NCBI GenBank assembly: GCA_051313645.2
Contig: JBNRSN020000026.1
Coordinates: 70,928,001 to 70,992,000, forward strand
Length of the DNA: 64,000 nucleotides
Reading direction: 5' to 3'
Source of the DNA: Centroscyllium fabricii
Taxonomy: Eukaryota
This document shows, one piece after another, positions 1 through 11,989 of this stretch. How positions within the stretch are numbered: the stretch's first letter is position 1; every line of letters begins with the position of its first letter. The notes under the pieces are model-generated. The model saw only the letters and a list, made by a program, of their open reading frames with translations, was not told the origin of the DNA and ran no database searches. The position numbers and the translations under genes are program-made.

Positions 1-392
1 TTAACATTTGCATCTTAGTCATATACATTTAGATTGTTACAGGGTTATGCCTTATTACAGAAAATAATGTAATAATTACTATAAGTATAACATTTTCAAT
101 ACGTACAGCAAAACAAACATAAAAGTTTTAATCTCACCAACTTCAGATGAATTTCAGATTAGAAGCTTAAACCATCGATCAAATTACAAGCTTGCAATTT
201 GAGAGGAAGCTTTTCACTCGAACTCTGTAACAGCTAGAAGCTGGAGTCAGCCCGATTGACTGACTAGCTATTAGCTGGAGTCAGTCCGAAATCTTGGTGA
301 CTGACTGATTTCTGTCTAATTCGACTGTATATTTATATACATTTTTTGCTGAGTTGCAATACCTCATGCCCCCCATCTGTGTGTGTCAGGTG

Positions 393-1389
393 TGTAACGG
401 AGGGGTGTGGGGCCCAAATGCAAAGACACTGATAAAACTGTCTAGGTCTTAAATCCTTTTTATACCAAACAGTAATGAATAAACATACGTGCATACATTC
501 AAGAAGTTACAAAACATAATTAAATGGCATACAAATAGTTATAACAGAAAACAAGTTCCTTTCCGATCTGGTACAAAATTTCCCTTGGTGCATGGAACAA
601 TACGCAACCAAGCGCATCATAGTGTTGTGAATTACATGTCCAACCCTGACCTCAGGTGGTAGAGAGAAAATGTCCAGGAAGTTGAATTAGGAATACTTCC
701 GAGTCCGCCCTACGGTCGAAACTCACTCCAACGGAGTCTTCAGAGGAAGAATCCATCTTCACAAACAAGGAAACTCCTCACATACACAACTGAAACGTCC
801 AAACCTCAGTTCGGGTGATAATGACCATTGTCCAGGAAGTAGAAACCAGGATCTCCTCAGAGTCCGTTCCACCGTGGGGACTTAACCCAACGGAGTCCAC
901 AGAACGAGAATACCTGATCTACTTAGCAGGGGAACGCCCTTACTTAACTAATGGAATGTCCAAACCTGAGTTCAGGAGGTAAAGTGCAATGTCCAGAATG
1001 TAGACAACCGTAGTTCTCCGAAGTCTGCTCCACAGCTAAGACTTACTCTAATCGAGAGTCCAGAAGAGAATACATCATCTACAAGGCAGGAGAATGCCCA
1101 AACCCATTGCCTCTCCAGAAGCTCAGACAACAACCACTCCTTCCAGTGGTTCGTAGTAATGAGTAGTAAGTAGAATCTAATGATCCGGCACCTGCCTGGT
1201 CAAAGCACCCAGCTTATAAGCCAAACAGGCAAACCAGATTATTTAGTGCTAGCCAATAAGCTGCAGGTATTGAGAACCAGGAACACACAGGTATGTGAAA
1301 CAGTTAATTGAGATACAATGAACAAAAACAGAGAAACAAAACCTAGAATTCCAAAATGGATTCCTTAAAGGGGAATGCCATCTGTGACA
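393..1389 (-). repeat. LTR (3' LTR in element orientation) containing three ~160-bp internal subrepeats
   Basis: Starts TGTAACGG and ends TGTGACA; repeated at 1558. The motif (a)tgtccaa(a/c)cct recurs at ~636, ~796 and ~956. Confidence 0.85.
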
Positions 1390-2545
1390 GAACCCCCCCC
1401 TCAAAGGACGACTGCTGACGTCCCAAGTACCCAAATACCGAAATAAAGGTGGGTGGAGGGGTGCGGAGGAGGGACCAACCATCCTCCAGGTATAAAGGAA
1501 TCCGAGGAGCGCTAGACGCTTCAGTGTCTGCTGGGCCCCCTTGTGGCCGGATCATTCTGTAACGGAGGGGTGTGGGGCCCAAATGCAAAGACACTGATAA
1601 AACTGTCTAGGTCTTATATCCTTTTTATACCAAACAGTAATGAATAAACATACATGCATACATTCAAGAAGTTACTAAACATAATTAAATGGCATACAAA
1701 TAGTTACAACAGAAAACAAGTTCCTTTCCGAAATGGTACAAAACTTCCCTTGGTGCATGGAACGATACGCAACCAAGCGCATCATAGTGTTGTGAATTAC
1801 ATGTCCAACCCTGACCTCAGGTGGTAGAGAGAAAATGTCCAGGAAGTTGAATTAGGAATACTTCCGAGTCCGCCCTACGGTCGAAACTCACTCCAACGGA
1901 GTCTTCAGAGGAAGAATCCATCTTCACAAACAAGGAAACTCCTCACATACACAACTGAAACGTCCAAACCTCAGTTCGGGTGATAACGACCATTGTCCAG
2001 GAAGTAGAAACCAGGATCTCTTCAGAGTCCGTTCCACTGCGGGGACTTAACCCAACGGAGTCCACAGAACGAGAATACCTGATCTACTTAGCAGGGGAAC
2101 GCCCTTACTTAACTAATGGAATGTCCAAACCTGAGTTCAGGAGGTAAAGTGCAATGTCCAGAATGTAGACGACCGTAGTTCTCCGAAGTCCGCTCCACAG
2201 CTAAGACTTACTCTAATCGAGAGTCCAGAAGAGAATACATCATCTACAAGGCAGGGGAACGCCCAAACCCATTGCCTCTCCAGAAACTCAGACAACAACC
2301 ACTCCTTCCAGTGGTTCGTAGTAATGAGTAGTAAGTAGAATCTAATGATCCGGCACCTGCCTGGTCAAAGCACCCAGCTTATAAGCCAAACAGGCAAACC
2401 AGATTATTTAGTGCTAGCCAATAAGCTGCAGGTATTGAGAGCCAGGAACACACAGGTATGTGAAACAGTTAATTGAGATAAATCTTTTGGTGAAAACGTT
2501 TATACGGTTTATTTGTAAAACAAAACTTTAGCTAATCCTGACAAA

Positions 2546-5500
2546 TTAAATTAAAATTTGGTTGACCAGGGTGACGATGCACTCCAATCCCCCCGGTGCC
2601 CAACGGTCGCGAAAAGCCTCAAGCGTACCGTCGAGCACCGCATGCTCCATCTCCAGGGCCACCCGGGTGCAAACTTGGCCGCGAAAGAGAGGCAGGCAAT
2701 CTGGCTGGACGACCCCCTCGACGGCCCGCTGCCTGGACGAATAAATGGACCTTTTGGCAAGTCCCAGGAGCAGACCGACGAGGAGATCCTCCAACCTGCC
2801 TGCTCCCCTCCGCACCGGATGGCCATAGATCAGGAGCGTGGGACTGAAGTGCAACCAAAACTTGAGGAGCAGCCCCTTCAAATAATGATAGAGGGGCTGC
2901 AACCTCCCACATTCAACATAGACATGGAACACGGACTCTTCCAGGCCGCAGAAGTGACAGGTGGCCTGGGAGTCCGTGAACCGACTTAAAACCTTGTTGC
3001 ACGGGGCTACTCCGTGCAACACTCTCCAGGCCAAGTCCCCAATATAACAGGGGAAGACTCCCGCGTAGAGAGCCCCCCATTGGGGACCTCCGCCTCCGCC
3101 GGATGGCAAAATGGCACGCCAAGGCGTGTCCGGACGGCAGGCGAAGATGGCAAAGTGGAGAGTGTGCAGGAGCAGCCCGTACAGGAAACGCCTCCGTGCG
3201 GTGTCAAAAGGCACGAAGGGCATCTCACCGAGATGGCTCAAGTTGTGAGGCGCCAGTTCCCGAGAGGGGTTTCGGGGCCGGGCACCGATGAGGAATTCCG
3301 TCCGAACGGGGGTCAGCTCAGACGGGAGTACCCCACTTCTTTGAGCCGCCTCAATTTTCGTAGTGTAGTCAAGGCCCAACGCCACTTTCAGCGACTTGAT
3401 GGCTTTGGTCGTGGCCCGGACGTTATGATGTCCCAGGCGCTGCGCCAGTTCCACTGGCGCCATCCAGCCCGCTTCTCCACCATCAAGCAGGTCCCTGACT
3501 ATAGTCACCCTGCCAGGCACAGCTCTATTCTCCGCCAGCCACCCGAACCCTCGGTCATGGAGGTGCGGATTCCTGAGCAGCGGCTCTCGAAGGAGAGCCG
3601 CCACTCCTGACGGGAGAGAGGTGCGCCTGGAGGCGACGCTGTTCCAAACCCAAAGCAGTTCCTGGTAAAAGACAGGCAGCTCCCGCAGGCTGGCATGTGT
3701 ACCGCTTATTTTCACAAAGAGGAGCTGCGTGTCATAGTTGAGGCCGCGCAGCTGGCGGAAGAAATACGTCGCCAGCGCACACCATCTAGGAGGATCCTCG
3801 ACGTACAGGTATCTCTGCAGCGTCTGAAGACGGAAAGTCGCCGCCTGGGTGCGGAGGCACACCAGCGCCTGACCGCCCTCCCTAAGCAGGAGATACAGAA
3901 CCGCGGCGGAGACCCAGTGCTTCCTTTTGTCCCAGAAGAAGTCGATGAGCTTCTTCTGTAACCTGGTGACAAAATCAGGGGGAGGGATCAAAGTGACCAA
4001 CCGGTACCACAACATGGTGGCCACCAGTTGGTTTATGACTAGCGCTCGACCCCTGTAGGACAACACTCGGAGCAGTCCTGTCCAGCGCCCTAGCCGAGTG
4101 GTGACTTTGTCTTCCAACTCTTGCCAGTTCACCGGCCAGGCTTCCTCGGCTGGGCTGAGGTGGACTCCCAAGTAGAGGAGGTGCGTGGTGCTCCAGGCGA
4201 AAGGCCTGAACTCCTCCGGCAGGGAGTCCACCCGCCACTGACCCACCAGGAGTCCGGAACATTTCTCTCAGTTGAACCTGGCGGAGGATGCGTCCGAGTA
4301 AATCTGCCGGCATTCTCGCATCCTCCGCAGGTCAGTGGGATCTGTGACCATGAGGAGCACGTCATCGGCGTAAGCCGAAAGGACGACCTCCACGCCCGGC
4401 CCTTGCAGAGCCAGTCCCGTCAACCTCTTCCACAAGAGGTGCAGGAAAGGCTCCTCGCAAACGGCATATAACTGACCGGACATGGGGCATCCCTGATGTA
4501 CCCCCCTCCCAAAGCGAAGGGGCGCCGTCAACGACCCGTTAACTTTGATCAGACACTCCGCGGCAGTGTACAAAAGTCGGATCCGGGCGACGAAATGCGT
4601 CCCGAACCCGAATGCGTGCAGAGTCCCGAAAAGGTACTCGTGATCCACCCTGTCGAACGCCTTCTCCTGATCCAGGGAAAGGAAGGCGACCGACATACCA
4701 GCCCTCTGGGAATGGTGGAGCAGGTCCCGGACCAGATGGATGTTGTCATGGATTGACCGGCCCGGGACTGTGTAGGACTGGTCGGGATGGATCATGTGGG
4801 CCCGCACGGTGCCAAGGCGGGCAGACATGGCCCTGGCAAAAATTTTGTAATCCGTGCTGAGGAGGGAGACCGGGCGCCAGTTTTTAAGGAGGCGGAGATC
4901 GCCCATCTTTGGCAGCAGGACAATAACGGCCCTGCGCCATGAGAGGGGCATCTCCCCGGTCGCCAGACTTTCCCCCAGGACCCGCTGGTAATCGCCCCCC
5001 AGGACGTCCCAGAACACCCTGTGGAACTCCACGGTCAGCCCGTCCAGCCCCGGGGACTTTCCCCTCGAGAGCTTGCCGAGTGCGCCGTTCAGCTCCGCCA
5101 GACTTAGCGGAGCGTCCAATTTTTCGGCGCCCTCCGGACTGACCTTCGGCGGGTCCTCCCACAAAACTCTACGCGCATCCTCGCTGGACGGATCCGGAGA
5201 GAACAGAGCCCTGTAAAAGGACCGGGTCTCCGCACTGATCCCCTCCGGATCCGAGACCAGAGATCCGTCGTCGGCCAGCAGCATCAAAAGCTGCTTACGG
5301 ACCCCTCGCCTTTATTCCAGCGAGTAGAAGAAGGGGGAGCCGCGGGCCAGATCCCGCAGGAACTGGATACGCGACCTCACAAACGCGCCTCGGAACCCGA
5401 CAAGCTGCAGGTCCTTCAGCGCGGCCTTCTTTTCTTCATACACCGTCCGCAGGGCCGGGTCCCCGACGACCTGACCGAGGCGGGACTCTAGGTCGAGCAC

Positions 5501-6445
5501 TTCCTTCTCTAATCGCCCGACCTGAGCCTTCCACCCCTTGGTCGACCCCCTCGCGTACTCCTGACAGAAGAGACAGACTTGAGCCTTGCCCACGTCCCAC
5601 CATAGCCTCAAGGAGGGGAAGCCCCCCTGCTTCCTTCTCCAGTCGGCCCAGAACCGACGGAACGAATCCCGGAATCGTGCGTCCTCCAGCAGCAGGTTGT
5701 TAAAATGCCAGTATGCGGACCCCCCCCGCGCGCGCAACAGAGCGAGCTCTGTCCACACCAGGTGGTGGTCCGTGCACGGCACCGGCCGCATGGAAGCCGC
5801 CCAAACGCAGGAGACGTACGCCAGAGAAATGTAGAGGCGGTCGATTCGGGAGCCTCCTCCTCCAGAGCTCACATAGGTGAATGCGCTCGAGTCGGGATGG
5901 AGATTCCGCCAGACGTCCACCAAGTCGAAGGACCCGGCCAGGTCCCTCAACTTCTCTGTCGCCGCTGGGCTGCGCAGGCGACCCGAATGGTCCCTCGCCT
6001 CGAGGGTACAATTAAAATCCCCCCCGAGGATGATGCACTCGCCGTCGTTGACAGAGCTCAGAAGAGCGGACACTTCTTCAAAGAAGCGCACTTGCTGCGC
6101 ACCGATCTGAGGGGCGTACACGTTCACAAGATGGAGCGGCACGCCCCCGTGACGAACAGTGACCTGGAGCAAGCGGCCCGGCATGTGCTCCTTGACCCTC
6201 AATATCTCCGGCTGAAAATGTGGGGCCAGCAAGATAGCCACCCCGCTGGACATGTTGGAGAGGTGACTCATGCTGACCCCTCCTTGCCACTCCAGGAGCC
6301 ACATGGCCTCGTCTCCCAGAACGGTGTGGGTTTCTTGCAGGAAGCACACCGCATACTTCCCGTCCCGAAGGACCGAGAAATTGTTAAATCTACTGTGTGC
6401 CTCCCTGCCGCCGTTGATGTTGAGGCTAGCTATGGTTATCTTCAT
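2546..6445 (-). pseudogene. Tx1 ORF2 (APE endonuclease + reverse transcriptase), 3900 nt with two in-frame nonsense codons
   Basis: ORFs 5312-6445, 4268-5287 and 2546-4246 are all in one frame (gaps of 24 and 21 nt). Motifs: SLNING, FLQETH, GGDFNC, SRIDR, TDHH, KSPGLDGL, NWRPVSLL, LDQEKAFDRV, QGCPMS, YADD, CHFC...H...C. Confidence 0.9.
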
Positions 6446-6460
6446 ATCAGCAGTATAATA

Positions 6461-8663
6461 CTAACTTTTTCCATATCGGGGAGAAAGAGCGCAATCCTTG
6501 GATATACGCTCCTTCTTCTGTAGCCCATTGAGGAACTTCTTGAGCCGGCGCAGCTCGAGGTCATTATCACCCCTGTCCGCGGCCAAGGTTTTAATGGCGA
6601 TGCGGACGGATAAAATGAGCGGCGCCAGCTCCGACCACCTTTCGATGGCCTGACGGACCAGTTTTGGGTGACCCAGGCGCACGGCCACAAATTTCCGGAG
6701 CTCCGCCACGGGGATGAGGGGAGACTCGGTGTGGGGCTCGGGGTCGTCTACCATCTCTTCGGTGACGGACTCCAGATCATCCTCCGCGCCTGGCTCCGAG
6801 TCCTCGTCCTCCTCCGGAAGGCCACCACTGGCGTCCGATCCACCAGCCACGCAGGACGCAACTAACGGCTCGGCCGCACCGTCCGACCCTACCTCTGTCT
6901 CGATTCCACCCCCAGGATCGATGGCAGAGGAGTCCTCCCTGGGCTCCAGCAGGGGTGCCGGGCCAGAGGGAGGCAGCAGTTCGGGGCTCCCCTCCTCCTC
7001 AAGCGCCGAAGAGCACGGAGAGATGGGGATGTATTCAATTATTATCCTCTCCTGTGCGTCCGACGCCGATGTTGAGGGAGGGGTGAAGGAGCCGTCACCT
7101 TCCCCGCCACCAACCACTGACCCAGCTTGTAGGGTATCCTGGCTTAGACTCTCGACCATGTCGAGCAGTTCCTGGACAATACCGTTTTTATTTTGGGCGA
7201 GGTCTATCCCTTCGACCTCGTCCACCGCTGTCTCCAGGACGCCTGACCCGTCGAGGTAAATTTGTTCCCCTTGAGGGTTTTGGTATTGCAGAGGTTGTTC
7301 CGCGTCCCCCCCCCTCGGGCAGGGCCATATCCCCATCCCCGGGAGACACAGGCGGGACAATCTCCTCCGCCCCACTCTCCCGCAAGACAGGCGACCCCTG
7401 CCCGTCGTTAACAACTATAGTGATTTTGGGAGGGGGCGCGGAGCACGACGACTCTGCTCCCTCGGGGGGACCGTCCTCATGATCACGGCCCCCCTGCTGA
7501 CCCTGGGAGTCGAAGTCCTGCTTCCTTTTTATCCCGAAGGGACACTGAGGGGGGGTGACCTCCATTTCTTCTAAGGCCACCCCCTCCTCCGTTCCCCCCG
7601 GCTGAATAGTTGTTTTGGGCCCCTTTTTTCCGAGCCCTGCCGCAGGTGTTAGGTTTTCTGCCATGGCAGTGGCGGCCGCAGGCTCAGACTCGGGGCCCTC
7701 CTCGCTCCCATATTGATCCACCAGACCCTTGATGTAATCGGGAGTCATGGCTGGCAGGTCCTGCTGTTGGGCATCCCCAGCTAGGGGACCCTCCCTCCTT
7801 TGTTTTCCCTTGTTCCACGCCCTCTTTCTGGCCGGACATGTTTCCTCCCCCCCGCCGGAGGCCGTGATGACATTGGCCTCCGACGACTCCCGCGCACCCG
7901 ACTTCCGAGACGCGCGGTCTGACTCTGGGGGAGGAGCGGCGCCGGTGCCATTTTTGGCCGCACTATTATTGGCGGCCTTGGAGGCGGGGCAGTTCCTCCT
8001 GATATGCCCCACCTCCTTACATGCATGGCACCGCACGCCATCCGTCGTCCAGAAGACGCGGTACGCGGTCCCCTGGTACAGCACGGGGAATGCGCCATCA
8101 GTGTCCTCCTCCTGCGCCAGCTGCATAAATAGCTGACGCCGGAAGGAGAAGACGTGGCGAAGGCTGGCCTCTCGGAACCCGAGCGGGATGGGCGTTATCC
8201 CCGACCTCACCTCCCCAAGTTTGCATAGGTGGGGGAGGAGGAGCTCACCGGGAATATAGGGCGGGATGTTTGAAAGGACCACCCTCTGCCCGGCGGCCTC
8301 AAGAGGGTCCACCGACAGGAAGGTGCTGCCCACGGTGAGCCCGTGTTCGATGGCCAGGGCCGCCGCCCGCTCGGATTTCAGGAAGAACACAGCCTTCCCA
8401 TACATTTTAGAGGCCGCGACGATGGCTGAGGGGCCGACCACCCCAGCCATGGCCTTGACGCATGCCTCTATTGTCATTGATGGGTGAGCGTAGCTCCTCA
8501 CCCCCAGTTTCCTTGTTAGTAGCCGGAAAGGTGACGGGGCATCAGGGGCAGCCATGGTCTTGGCAGTGGATGCCACGGTTGCGTATGTTCCCGATGTCCC
8601 CGCTACCTGCGAAGATGTTGTCGCTATGCTACCAGGTGGGGGGGTTTTTGGAGCCATGCTCAC
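6461..8663 (-). pseudogene. Tx1 ORF1 (gag-like nucleic-acid-binding protein), frameshifted
   Basis: ORF 7188-8663 has SKMYGKAVFFL, RVVLSNIPP and the zinc knuckle CHACKEVGHIRRNC. It overlaps ORF 6461-7414 in another frame; the likely slip is near the poly-C run at ~7305-7315. Confidence 0.8.
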
Positions 8664-8860
8664 CCCAAGTCACAGGCCTTAAGATGTTGTATGGCCTCGG
8701 TAGTTTTTGTCTTTCCTCTTGAGCAGAGGGGATAGTGATTAAAGAAAAGGACACACCCCTCCCCTTGATGACAGAAGGGGGAGGGGCCTTCTCCCCTCTG
8801 CTCAACTGGCAATGAAGAAATGAAAGAAAAGAAAGAAAATTGAATGATTGACGTGCCTCT

Positions 8861-8897
8861 AGGGAGAGAGGCAGAGAGAGAGAGAGAGAGAGAGAGA
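8861..8897. repeat. (GA)n microsatellite in Tx1 5' UTR
   Basis: Run of gagagaga seen directly; a (CA)n run also lies at ~9210-9229. Confidence 0.85.
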
Positions 8898-10860
8898 GTG
8901 GGATGGTGGGAAGGAGGGAGACCACAAGGGTTGGGTCACCACTCAGGATGGATGAGTGGGTGGGCGTTGACAGGTGGAGGGTGCACTCTCCGATGGAAAG
9001 TCTCTGAATGATGGTGGTCTTCTGGTGGGGGGAGAAGATGTCTTCACCTGGGACAGCTGGAAATGCCCAGGCTCAGTCCTCACCAGGTCTTTAACGATGT
9101 TGATTAGTTGAGTGAGTTCGCCTAGGCAGCTCCAGCTGTCCCAGGTCAGGCAATAGAGGTGGTGTTTGTTTTTTTTAGTGGTGTGCGCGGCCTAGTTTTA
9201 ATAGAGGATCCACACACACACACACACACCCCTTGATGGTCTGGCCTTCTGGTCTTCTTTTCCCCTCCCACCTATAAATACACAGTCTTTAAGAGAGTGC
9301 ACCTTAAGAAACAACACCCACCTTCAGCTGGTTCTTCTCCCTCCTTCCGAGCAGTTGGTGGTGATGATAACTTCCTCACCCCTCTCTCCCTCTCCCGAAA
9401 TGGAGGCCAATCTGGAAGGCAATGATGGGAAGGCCTCGACGTTGTTGTTTTTGCTGGATTCTTGGCCTCCCTTTTCTCTCCTCCGTCCTCTCTCCCGAGG
9501 CACCTTTAACTAATGGAATGTCCAAACCTGAGCTTCAGGTGGCAGAACGCAATGTCCAGAATGTAGGCAACCGTAGTTCTCCGAAGTCCGCTCCACAGCT
9601 AAGACTTACTCTAATCGAGATTCCAGAAGAGAATACATCATCTACAAGGCAGGGGAATGCCCAAACCCATTGCCTCTCCAGAAGCTCAGACATCAACCAC
9701 TCCTTCCAGTAGTTCGTAGTAATGAGTAGTAAGTAGAATCTAATGATCCGGCACCTGCCTGGTCAAAGCACCCAGCTTATAAGCCAAACAGGCAAACCAG
9801 ATTATTTAGTGCTAGCCAATAAGCTGCAGGTATTGAGAACCAGGAACACACAGGTATGTGAAACAGTTAAATGAGATACAATGAACAAAAACAGAGAAAC
9901 AAAACCTAGAATTCCAAAATGGATTCCTTAAAGGGGAATGCCATCTGTGACAAGGTGGGCTTGCGGTCAAATCTTTTTAAACTTTTTTACTTTTAGGCAA
10001 ACTGTCTGCCTCAGCATCTTTCAGCTTTGATATCCTGTAGTTTAACTCACTTCGCTATAATATATATATCTACCCTTTTAAACTTAAACCACTACTTGGT
10101 CTTCTGGCTAGTTCGGCCATTTTCTAAAATGTGTTTCCTGTTTTTCAACGAGGATACCTAAAATTTCCAGGTCAGCATTTACTGGAAACTGAGCCTGTGG
10201 TCAACTTCTACATTGTTATCCTACAGCCTGCAGTCATTTCAACATCTTATAGCCTATCTTTTAAATTAGCTCTAATCTTGTGGTCAACCTTTCATACACT
10301 CAGAGATCCCAACATCTGCTTCTGCCAGGAAACCAGGCAATCACTATTTCTAAGCTTCCATTTTATACAGACTAAGCAGTTTTTTTACTGAGCTTTTGGA
10401 AAGTACATTTTTAATCATCTTACATTGGCGAGAATTAAACAATTACCGTCACAGTTGTAAGCATTATTTTAAATTTCAGTTTTCCCCAAAGCTCTCCCTC
10501 TCACCGTTGACCACGCCCACCAACCTTGCATGGCCAATGAAATATGCCGAAACAAAATGAATTGGTTTTTACAAACCTTTATCTCTTTAAATTGCTGCAA
10601 TACGATTGTTTAACTGAATCACTCTCTGCCGCTGTCTCCAGCTGGTGCCCGTGGGATCTCAGTCCCAGGTACACTCAGAGGGAAGTTACTGTTCGCACTT
10701 ACAGCTGAGAGTGATTTGACGACATTCCCTGTGTAACCGGGGTTCTCCCGGAGATCCCAAACCTTTTCCCAGCTCCCGCTCCCCCTCTCACTCTGACCCG
10801 TGCTGTGTCCAAACCCTCGGCACTTTCAGAAATGACAAAACTCCTCACTTTCCCGGAGAC

Positions 10861-11373
10861 ACTTTCGCTTTCGGGTGTATTTGACACAACAAAGCTCATT
10901 TCCACCGAGAAACTGACTCGGACACTTTCCCGGGAGAGAGACCAGAAAAACAGGATGAAAGAAAAGGCAGCGGGACCCCCTTCGGACTCAGAGTGGAAAC
11001 AAATTAAATATTCTTCAAAAACCGAGTCTGAAAATGACTCCAGAAAACACCCAGGAAGGGACAACCTTAAAGAGCAGAGTCTCCGACAGGTGAATCCGGG
11101 GGAGACAATCGGCATCAGGCGGTGCCCCTGGGCTGTGAGCCGGGGTCTCTCCAATGTCCACACTCCCCCAATACAGACCCCCCTCCCCTCGACACCAGCT
11201 CAGGGCCCCGGGGATCCCAGTCCACACAACCCGGAGCTGGTGCTGATCTCCCAGCGGGGATTTTCCAGCCTCTGGTTCCGGAATCTCCAGCTTTTAGATT
11301 CCTTACCTCAGAAAGAAAGCGGACAAACTCCTGTAACTTTTCCAAACCTCCTGCGGCCCGATTTCACTTTTCC
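10861..11373 (+). promoter_or_regulatory. Distal IFN promoter, unit 1: ISRE-like 10861-10872, NF-kB 11257-11266, IRF-E 11362-11373
   Basis: ACTTTCGCTTTC (reverse GAAAGCGAAAGT), GGGATTTTCC and TTTCACTTTTCC (reverse GGAAAAGTGAAA, PRDI/IRF-E-like). The kB and IRF sites sit at about -346 and -241 from the ATG, matching the proximal promoter spacing. Confidence 0.65.
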
Positions 11374-11602
11374 AATGTAATGGTCCACATTAAAGCCGGC
11401 AGCGCGGCAGTGAGAGCTCCCACAGTGTCGAGCCGCTCACACACTCCACCCGGCAACACAGGCGCTCGCTCCCGGATCACAAGCGGCTGCATTTCGACTT
11501 CCAGTGTTTCATTTGGTGAACAGGAACCGTTTTCTGAGCTGAATCCGGATCCGCTGGGTTTCTGACAATTCCGATCGGTGCTTTACCCCGGTCCGGTCCA
11601 GC

Positions 11603-11734
11603 ATGGCTTTGGCGAGTGTTTGGAGATGTTGGATTGTGTTGGTCTTGTTGCCCGGGACCCTGAGTCTGGGCTGTGAGAGGCTGCAGTTACAGCAAGTTCT
11701 CAACACAGAGACTCTGAGCAAACTGAGTGAAATG
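11603..11734 (+). other. Orphan copy of IFN exon 1 (possible alternative first exon), unit 1
   Basis: 44 codons MALASVWRCW...KLSEM followed by intact GTGAGT donor. A decayed exon-2 homologue follows at ~11909; no exons 3-4 before the next exon 1. Confidence 0.85.
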
Positions 11735-11989
11735 GTGAGTTTAACCTGCATCCCGAGCCGGATCCGAACCACACAGGGTCTGTTTGTTGTGATAACTCAT
11801 GTCAGGAGAAATAGTTTGAAGTTGTCTGTTATTTGTGCAATTAATAGTCACTCTCCGTCAGTATTGATTTGACGGTATTAATTGTTAGTGGGACTCTCTT
11901 CTGTAACTCTTGGGATCATTCCCTGAGACTGTGCAACAGCAAAAGCTCTCTGAACCCTAGAGGGGTAATTCATCCCTGATGGGACCGAG

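Larger units (their letters stand above)
2481..9505 (-). mobile_element. Near-full-length Tx1-clade (L1 superfamily) non-LTR retrotransposon, inactivated
   Basis: Minus strand has a 5' UTR with microsatellites, ORF1 with a CCHC knuckle, ORF2 with APE endonuclease, RT and C-terminal Cys/His motif, and a short 3' UTR with AATAAA (tttatt 2508-2513). LTR sequence stops at 2480 and resumes at ~9506. Confidence 0.9.
393..9952 (-). mobile_element. Non-autonomous Gypsy (Tf1/sushi-like) LTR retroelement: LTR 393-1389, 168-bp internal region 1390-1557, LTR 1558-2480 interrupted by a Tx1 LINE, LTR remainder ~9506-9952
   Basis: ~1 kb near-identical direct repeats with TGT...ACA termini. 5-bp TSD AGGTG at 388-392 and 9953-9957. 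On the minus strand a PPT (GAGGGGGGGGTTC) abuts LTR 393-1389 and a PBS-like GAATGATCCGGC abuts the other LTR. No gag/pol. Confidence 0.85.

Noticed and set aside
393-2480. 1.17-kb satellite-type tandem repeat
   Set aside because: TG...CA termini, PPT, PBS and a 5-bp TSD show LTR-internal-LTR structure.
2558-7259. Many plus-strand and alternative-frame ORFs over the Tx1 element
   Set aside because: Shadow ORFs of a GC-rich retrotransposon coding region.
10805-11565. 147-191 aa ORFs repeated upstream of each orphan exon
   Set aside because: Mostly non-ATG starts, indels shift the frame between units, no recognisable domain; they overlap GC-rich promoter DNA.
11603-11872. 89-aa (and 75-aa) single-exon secreted peptides starting MALASVW
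   Set aside because: Read-through of exon 1 past a consensus GTGAGT donor into intron sequence; an unspliced product cannot be supported from sequence alone.
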